Origin: an uncultured Solirubrobacteraceae bacterium
GTDB taxonomy: Bacteria > Actinomycetota > Thermoleophilia > Solirubrobacterales > Solirubrobacteraceae
Assembly: GCA_963769555.1 (NCBI GenBank)
Contig: CAVYMD010000002.1
Span: forward strand, 20,401 to 84,400
Length of the DNA stretch: 64,000 bases
Reading direction: 5' to 3'
The position numbers and the translations under genes were made by a program. Below, piece after piece: positions 57,820 to 64,000 of this stretch. Within the stretch, counting starts at the first letter, position 1. Each line of letters opens with the position of its first letter. The notes beneath the pieces are model-generated. The model had not been told where the DNA came from and did no database searches. It saw nothing but the letters and a program-made list of their open reading frames with translations.

Positions 57820-58034
57820 GACCGCTCACCCCCCGTGGATTCGACGAGCCATCAGGCGGCTCGGCTCGACACTAGGGATCTATGGACCTCAAAAGCAATA
57901 GGTGTCCGACATTTACCGGACGACGGTGGTGAGGGCGCGGGCACGCCAGACGGCCCGGGCGGTCGCTGACGGCCCGCCGGCGGTCCGGCGCGGACCGCCG
58001 CCGCGGCGCCATACGGGGCCTATAGTGCCGCGAG

Positions 58035-59321
58035 GTGCGAGCGCGACACCAGAGGCTCGCGCCGGGCGCCGGCGCGACGGCGCGACGGCGCGTATGGCTC
58101 CTCGCCTTCGGCGCCGCGCTCGCGACACTGGCGTGCGGCCCGGCGACCGGGCTCGCGAGCGCCGGCGCCGGCGCCGGCGCCGCCGACCGGAGCGCCCCCG
58201 CGGCGGTCAGGCCACCCAACGACCCCCTGTTCCGGCACCAGTGGAACCTGCACGCCATCCAGATCCCGTCGGCCTGGGCCGCCACGCGCGGCGAAGGCGC
58301 GGTCGTCGCCGTGCTCGACACCGGCGTCGCGTACCGCACGCGCGGCCGCTACCATCGGGCGCCGGACCTCGCCGGCACGCGCTTCGTCGACGGCTGGGAC
58401 TTCGTCGACGGCGACCCGTATCCCGACGACGTCGCTCCACGGGACGACCGGCGCAGCCACGGCACGCTCATGGCGGGGCTCATCGCGCAGACGACCGGCA
58501 ACGCCCTCGGAGCGGCCGGGGTCGCGCCGGACGCCGCGATCATGCCCGTCCGCGTGCTGAAGCCGGACCTGTCGGGCTCGGCCACGGCGATCGCGCGCGG
58601 GCTGCGCTTCGCGGCCGACCACGGCGCGGACGTGGTGAGCCTGAGCATCTCGGGCCCGTCCGAGACGCGCGTGCTGACGCGCGCGATCGACTACGCCGTC
58701 GGCCGCGGCGTGACGGTCGTGGCGGCGGCCGGCAACGACGGGGCGGACACGGTGTCCTGGCCGGCGGCGCACCCCCGCGTCATCGCCGTCGGCGCGGTGT
58801 CGCGCGACCTCTCCCGCGCGCCGTACTCCAACTCCGGCGCCGCGCTGGACCTCGTCGCCCCGGCCGGCGCCCGCGATCGCGTCGACACGGGCTACGGCCC
58901 CGGCGACGGCGTGGTCGCCCAGACCCTCAAGGGCGGGCAGGCGACGTTCTGCTTCTGCTTCTCGGCCTCGACCTCGGCCGCCGCCGCCGAGGTCTCGGGG
59001 GTGGCGGCGCTGCTCGTCGCGTCGGGGCGGGCGCGCGGCCCGGCGCAGGTGCGCGCCGCGCTCGTGGCGGGCGCCCGCGACCTCGGCGCGCGCGGGCGCG
59101 ACGACGAGTTCGGGGCCGGCCTCGTCCAGGCGCGCGGGGCGCTCGGCGAGATCGGCGCCCTCCCCTCGGCCGCCGACGGTCCCGGCCGGACGCGACCGCC
59201 CGTCCCCGCCGCGGGAGGCCTGCCCTGGGCGCTGATCGGGCTGGGGGGCGGGCTTGCCGTCGTGGCGCTCGCGCTGGTCGTGCGCTCGCGGCGCTCGGCC
59301 GGCCGGCGCACGTCGGCATAG
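58035..59321 (+). CDS. S8 subtilisin-like serine peptidase with C-terminal membrane anchor
   Basis: Signal/lipobox-like N-terminus (LAFGAALATLACG). Asp context VAVLDTGV, His HGTLMAG, Asn AAAGNDG and Ser SASTSAAAAEVSG. C-terminal TM helix WALIGLGGGLAVVALALVV, followed by RSRRSAGRR. Confidence 0.85.
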   Translation: MRARHQRLAPGAGATARRRVWLLAFGAALATLACGPATGLASAGAGAGAADRSAPAAVRPPNDPLFRHQWNLHAIQIPSAWAATRGEGAVVAVLDTGVAYRTRGRYHRAPDLAGTRFVDGWDFVDGDPYPDDVAPRDDRRSHGTLMAGLIAQTTGNALGAAGVAPDAAIMPVRVLKPDLSGSATAIARGLRFAADHGADVVSLSISGPSETRVLTRAIDYAVGRGVTVVAAAGNDGADTVSWPAAHPRVIAVGAVSRDLSRAPYSNSGAALDLVAPAGARDRVDTGYGPGDGVVAQTLKGGQATFCFCFSASTSAAAAEVSGVAALLVASGRARGPAQVRAALVAGARDLGARGRDDEFGAGLVQARGALGEIGALPSAADGPGRTRPPVPAAGGLPWALIGLGGGLAVVALALVVRSRRSAGRRTSA

Positions 59322-59346
59322 CGCGGACCGTCCCGGCGGGGTACGA

Positions 59347-59540
59347 GGATCGTGCCGGATCGTGCGGCGCAGCGACGCCCGCGCCGCAGACGGTCCCAAC
59401 GCTCTGAATCCCAGTGTGCGCGGGCTCCGAGGGGCAGGTCCGATGCCCGCGGCGCCCGAGCGGATCGTGCGGCTAGATGTACAACCCATCTAGACGCGCG
59501 ACACGCAGACCTGTTAGAACCTTCCCCGTGCGCAAGGTTG
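59347..59540 (+). promoter_or_regulatory. Repeat- and palindrome-rich leader upstream of the small anchored protein gene
   Basis: GGATCGTGC occurs at 59347, 59357 (10-bp spacing) and 59462. Palindrome CTAGATG-tacaacc-CATCTAG at 59473-59493. Inverted repeat AACCTT-n10-AAGGTT at 59518-59540. SD AAAGGAG lies before ATG 59599. Confidence 0.4.
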
Positions 59541-59598
59541 CGCCCTGGGAGAGACCCGGCGTCGCGGAGCAGTCGCGGCGTCTGACAAAGGAGTTCCG

Positions 59599-60123
59599 AT
59601 GAAGCGCAATTTTGGGCTGGTCCTACTGGTCGGCGTGCTCTTGCCGCTGACCGTGGTCGCCAACGCGTCCGCGCAGGGCGGCACCATGCAGGTCAGCACC
59701 CAGACCGTGAACCCCGGCCAGACGATCAACGTCAAGGCGTCGTCGTTCAGCAGCGACACCGTCAGGTCCGACCCGGCGCAGATTCGCCTCGACAAGCGAA
59801 CGGCGCCGTCGCTGCGCAGCGCTGCGGTCGCCGGGGACGGTACGGTCGACACCGACGTGACGATTCCGGCGAGCACGCCGCTCGGCTGGCACCTGCTGAT
59901 CGCCACGCAGCGCTTCCAGGGCGGCAACCAGCGAAGCTTCGGCCCCGCGCGGGTGCGCATCCTCGTCGTCAGGGCGGCCGGGGGCGCCGGAGCCCCAGGA
60001 CGCTCGCCGGGCTCCGGCCCGGTCGCTCCGCTCGGCCTCGGCCTCGCCCTCGTCCTTCTGCTCGCGGGCGTTGCGCTGACGGCTCGCCGCCATCGCAGGC
60101 TCCCCCGACCGCTCGGCAGCTAG
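59599..60123 (+). CDS. Small secreted protein with C-terminal TM anchor and basic tail
   Basis: Signal peptide MKRNFGLVLLVGVLLPLTVVANASA, a roughly 110-aa beta-rich domain, a Gly/Pro linker, then LGLGLALVLLLAGVALTA followed by RRHRR. Confidence 0.65.
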   Translation: MKRNFGLVLLVGVLLPLTVVANASAQGGTMQVSTQTVNPGQTINVKASSFSSDTVRSDPAQIRLDKRTAPSLRSAAVAGDGTVDTDVTIPASTPLGWHLLIATQRFQGGNQRSFGPARVRILVVRAAGGAGAPGRSPGSGPVAPLGLGLALVLLLAGVALTARRHRRLPRPLGS

Positions 60124-60148
60124 CCGGACGCAACCAGAGGACACGTAC

Positions 60149-63100
60149 ATGAAACTGCGTCTGACCAGCATCACCGCACTCGTGATCGCCTGCCTGATCG
60201 GGGCCGCCAGCCTCGCGCAGGCCGCCGTCCGCGTGTCGCCCAACGAGCGGCTCGACGGCGACACCACCCCCTTCCGCGGCCAGGACCAGGTCGGTCTCGC
60301 CGTCAACCCGTCGAACCCGAACAACATCGTCGCGACGTACTCCAACTACCTGGACTCCGTCTGCGAGGCCAGCGCGAGCTTCGACGGCGGAGAGACCTGG
60401 GACGCGCCGAAGACCTTCCGGGAGGCTGCGCCCGGCGTCGGCCTGCCGTTCGCCCCCCAGTGCAACAACAGCACCGGCCTCGGCCAGTCGCTGGAGTTCG
60501 GCACGGGCAACACGGTCTACTCCCCGCGGATCGCCATCCGCCAGGCGTCGCTGGACTGGGCCCTGATCCTCGACAAGTCCACCGACGGCGGGGCGACGTG
60601 GCAGCAGGGCATCATCGCGATCGAGACGCCGGGCGCGCGCTACTACCGCCCGAGCCTGTCCGTCCACGCCGGCGGGGGCACCGCCGGTCAGGATCGCGTC
60701 TACGTCGTGGCGCGCGATCTCAACAACAACGCCCCCATCGTGGCGGCCGTCTCCAACAACGGCGGCACGACGTGGTCGGCTCCCGTCACCGTGGCCGCCG
60801 GGAACAACCAGGACATGCCGAGCAAGCCGGTCGTCAACACCGACGGCTCGGTCACGGTCGCCTGGCGCTCGACGGGCACCGTCGGGATGCTGCGGGCCGC
60901 GCGCTCGACGAACGCCGGCGCGACGTGGTCGGCGCCGGTCGACATCACCGAAGTCGTCAACACCGGCACGTCGACACGCACGCACGTCCAGTCGGTCCCG
61001 AAGACGGGTCAGTCGACGAGCGCCAGCTACCCGGTGATGGAGGGCGACCCGACCACCGGCAACCTCTACCTGGTCTTCAGCCAGGGCGTCGACGGGCCGA
61101 ACGCCCCTCCCGGCGGCTACCAGGGCTCCGACCACTTCATCAGCCCCGACTCGAACGTCTACCTGACGCGCTCGACGGACAAGGGCGCCACCTGGTCTGC
61201 GCCGAAGAGGATCAACGACTCGACGGTCTATCCCGGCAACCAGATCAACCAGACGCGCCACCCGGCCGTCGACGTCGGACCCGGGGGCCGTGTGGACGTC
61301 ATCTGGCACGATCGCCGGCACTGGTACCAGGGACCGGGCGAGCGCACGTGCACGCACTCGCACATCTACTGCGAGGACATCCGGCTCGGCGACACCTACT
61401 ACGCGTTCTCGACGAACGGCGGCAGCACGTTCTCCGACAACATCCGCGTCACGGACCGCTCGTTCAACAATGCCGTCGGCTACGACACGTCGCCGTCGGG
61501 CTACTGGTGGTTCAGCCCGCGTACGGTCCCGCTCGGCTCCAACGGCGTGCTCGTCGGCTGGATGGACTCCCGCGAGGGCAACTGGCACACCGACAACTTC
61601 GACATCTACCTGGCCAAGGTCGACCACAACGGCTCCGGCGCTCTGCCGAAGACGGGCATCGAGGCGCCCAACCTCGTCGAGCGCTCGGTCGCGGTCTCGA
61701 AGGTCGCCTACCAGGGCGGCACCGAGGGCGCGCTCGTCGGCGGGCCGCGCGACCCCACGGTGCAAGCATTCCCGGACAACACGACGGATCGCCCCAACGG
61801 GCCTGCCTCGCGCAACACGTCGACGGTCGTGATCGTCAACGAGGGCGAGGAGGGCCACGCGCTGGCCGGCACGGTGCTCGGCCGCGCGTACCCGGGTCCG
61901 GTCCTGCTGTCGCCCGCCGCCGGCCTGCCGCAGAGCGTCAAGGACGAGGTCGCGCGCATCGACCCGCTCGACGCCTACGTCATCGGCGACACGTCCGATC
62001 TGTCGGCGCAGGTCGTCGCCGACCTGCAGGCCCTCGGCATCCCGGGCGCATCGATCACGCGCCTGGACGGCGGCAGCGACGCGGCCGCGGCCAGGCTGAT
62101 CGCGGGCGCTGCCGATCGGCGCACCCCCGCCCAGGTGACCGCCGACACGCCGGCGTTCGACGCCGCCGTGATCGTCAACCCCGACAGCCCTGACGCGGCA
62201 GCGGTCTCCGGCCTCGCCGCGGCGCGGCGGCTGCCGGTGCTGTTCGTCGCGCAGAACAGCGTGCCGGCGGCGACGACGACCGCGATCGCCGACCTCGACA
62301 TCGCCACGGTGCTCGTGATCGGCAGCCCGGGCGTCATCAGTTCGGGCGTCTTCACGACGCTCGACGACCTGCCCGGCGTGACCGCCAAGCGACTGGGCGG
62401 CATCGATCAGTACGGGACGTCGCTGGCGGTCGTCGGCGAGGCGATCGCGCGCGGCATGCCGACGAACGTCGTCTACGCCGCCGACGGCAGCGTGCCGATG
62501 GAGGGCATCCTGCTCGGAGTCGCGGTCGCCAGGGCCACCGGCATGCTCATCCTCGCCGAGGCGCCGCTGTACGACAAGGCGACGGCGCAGGCGACCACGT
62601 TCGGCATGACCGGGATCCAGAAGTTCGTGCTCCTGGGTCCGGCCGCGGCGCCGCCGCCGCCTCCGCCGGCACCGCCGCCTCCGCCGGCACCGCCGGCGGC
62701 GCCACCGGCGCCGCCACCGCCACCGCCACCGCCAGCGGTGGTCGAGGACAAGTTCCCGGCCAAGATGCGGCTCGTGCGTGCGCGGGTACGCGGTCGGACG
62801 CTGTCGGTGTTCATCCAGATCACCGGGCGCGCCACCGGGAACCTGAAGTTCGAGTACCACGGTGCCGGCCAGAAGGTGCGATTCACGCGCACGATCCGCA
62901 ACGGCCGCGTGAGTACGGCGAAGTTCCTGTCCGCCAAGCAGGGCCGGCTCGGCACGGGGATCATCACGGTCACCTATGAGGGCAACGCCCGCGTCCGCAA
63001 GGACGAGTTGCGGCTGCGCTCGGCGCGCTTCCCGTCGCTGCTCAAGCGCGAGACGACGCGGATCCGCAACGGTCGCCTGCAGGTGTCGGGCACGATCAGC

Positions 63101-63328
63101 AGCAGGGCCCGCGGCGGCGTCGTCCGCATCCGGATGGACTACAAGGACACCGACGGCGAGGTCAAGTCGCTGAGACTCCGCGCACCCATCAGCAAGGGCA
63201 AGTGGAGCCTCGACGAGAAGCTGCCTGCGCAGGCGGCGAAGGCCGGTGGTGACCTGTCGATCCAGTACACCGGCTCGCAGCTGCTCCGCCTCGCAGGCGG
63301 GGCCACGTCCAAGCAGGTCCGGCCCTGA
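60149..63328 (+). CDS. Secreted BNR/Asp-box (sialidase-fold) protein with cell-wall-binding-repeat-2-like region, poly-Pro linker and the same basic C-terminal module
   Basis: Signal peptide ..LIGAASLAQA. Six Asp-boxes (SFDGGETW, STDGGATW, SNNGGTTW, STNAGATW, STDKGATW, STNGGSTF). Three CWB2-like repeats (..PVLLSPAAGLPQSVKDEVARIDPLDAYVIGD..). Linker PPPPPPAPPPPPAPPAAPPAPPPPPPPP, then a 193-aa module. Confidence 0.8.
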   Translation: MKLRLTSITALVIACLIGAASLAQAAVRVSPNERLDGDTTPFRGQDQVGLAVNPSNPNNIVATYSNYLDSVCEASASFDGGETWDAPKTFREAAPGVGLPFAPQCNNSTGLGQSLEFGTGNTVYSPRIAIRQASLDWALILDKSTDGGATWQQGIIAIETPGARYYRPSLSVHAGGGTAGQDRVYVVARDLNNNAPIVAAVSNNGGTTWSAPVTVAAGNNQDMPSKPVVNTDGSVTVAWRSTGTVGMLRAARSTNAGATWSAPVDITEVVNTGTSTRTHVQSVPKTGQSTSASYPVMEGDPTTGNLYLVFSQGVDGPNAPPGGYQGSDHFISPDSNVYLTRSTDKGATWSAPKRINDSTVYPGNQINQTRHPAVDVGPGGRVDVIWHDRRHWYQGPGERTCTHSHIYCEDIRLGDTYYAFSTNGGSTFSDNIRVTDRSFNNAVGYDTSPSGYWWFSPRTVPLGSNGVLVGWMDSREGNWHTDNFDIYLAKVDHNGSGALPKTGIEAPNLVERSVAVSKVAYQGGTEGALVGGPRDPTVQAFPDNTTDRPNGPASRNTSTVVIVNEGEEGHALAGTVLGRAYPGPVLLSPAAGLPQSVKDEVARIDPLDAYVIGDTSDLSAQVVADLQALGIPGASITRLDGGSDAAAARLIAGAADRRTPAQVTADTPAFDAAVIVNPDSPDAAAVSGLAAARRLPVLFVAQNSVPAATTTAIADLDIATVLVIGSPGVISSGVFTTLDDLPGVTAKRLGGIDQYGTSLAVVGEAIARGMPTNVVYAADGSVPMEGILLGVAVARATGMLILAEAPLYDKATAQATTFGMTGIQKFVLLGPAAAPPPPPPAPPPPPAPPAAPPAPPPPPPPPAVVEDKFPAKMRLVRARVRGRTLSVFIQITGRATGNLKFEYHGAGQKVRFTRTIRNGRVSTAKFLSAKQGRLGTGIITVTYEGNARVRKDELRLRSARFPSLLKRETTRIRNGRLQVSGTISSRARGGVVRIRMDYKDTDGEVKSLRLRAPISKGKWSLDEKLPAQAAKAGGDLSIQYTGSQLLRLAGGATSKQVRP

Positions 63329-63348
63329 TCGGGGCGCGGGCATCGGTC

Positions 63349-63430
63349 GAGCCGTGGCGCGAGCTCCTCGGAGCTCCCGCCACGGCTCGGCGCGCGAGCG
63401 GGGCGCGCCGGCAGCCGTGGCTGCCGGCGC
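63349..63430 (+). terminator. Two strong tandem hairpins after the BNR-protein gene
   Basis: GAGCCGTGGCG-c-GAGCTCC-tc-GGAGCTC-c-CGCCACGGCTC (63349-63388) and the palindrome GCGCCGGCAGCC-gt-GGCTGCCGGCGC (63405-63430). Confidence 0.65.
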
Positions 63431-63464
63431 GACTGCGCCGCGGCCTACGTATGGTTGACCACCA

Positions 63465-64000
<536 letters not shown>

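Noticed and set aside
54244-57969. 1241-aa plus-strand ORF antisense to the LVIVD-protein gene (also 55946-57829 and 54740-55807 on the minus strand in other frames)
   Set aside because: No motifs and extreme Arg/Asp/Gly/Ala composition. The 54262-57819 minus-strand frame has a signal peptide, LVIVD strands and a PA-like segment.
62641-62746. GC-rich CCG/CCA repeat DNA (also 54847-54930) considered as a VNTR or non-coding repeat
   Set aside because: It is in frame within long ORFs and encodes poly-proline linkers between folded domains. The periodicity is codon-level, not an independent DNA element.

Overview
High-GC, Actinomycetota-like chromosomal window (GC judged by eye, not computed). 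I can support about 55 protein genes. I found no rRNA, no CRISPR array, no intact IS and no intact tRNA. Gene starts were re-derived from the ORF track by residue counting plus RBS or overlap context.

Positions 1-9873 look like the right-hand part of a lower-GC integrated island. It carries:
- an excisionase-like HTH gene;
- a complete type I R-M operon (hsdM-hsdS-hsdR);
- a fourth gene, translationally coupled to hsdR, with a CBS pair and a HEPN-type R-x4-H motif;
- a decayed multi-frame coding remnant;
- a Fic gene with its own inhibitory motif;
- a 43-nt tRNA-Thr(CGU) 3' half as a likely att remnant.

The core DNA after that carries, in order:
- glcDEF;
- a four-gene minus-strand unit: secreted LTXXQ/His-Gly-rich protein, OmpR-type regulator, histidine kinase, membrane protein;
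- a PII-amt-PII operon;
- a MocR regulator and a GAF-kinase/LuxR pair;
- an orphan ACP-KAS-thioester-reductase cassette, divergent from asnB plus a C-N hydrolase;
- a TrpB2-type enzyme and an SSS transporter;
- the GlgE alpha-glucan pathway (malQ / glgE-treS-pep2-glgB);
- an FtsH with a tandemly duplicated AAA+ module;
- a cluster of large secreted proteins (LVIVD/PA protein, membrane-anchored S8 protease, small anchored protein, BNR + cell-wall-binding protein, RCC1 protein).

Best candidates for something new:
1. The double-AAA FtsH.
2. The CBS-HEPN gene inside the R-M operon.
3. A roughly 190-aa basic C-terminal module behind a poly-proline linker, shared by two otherwise unrelated giant exoproteins.
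4. The ACP-KAS-reductase cassette.
5. A dispersed hairpin with a conserved apex and covarying basal stems.

All functional calls rest on motif recognition by eye. No database search was run.
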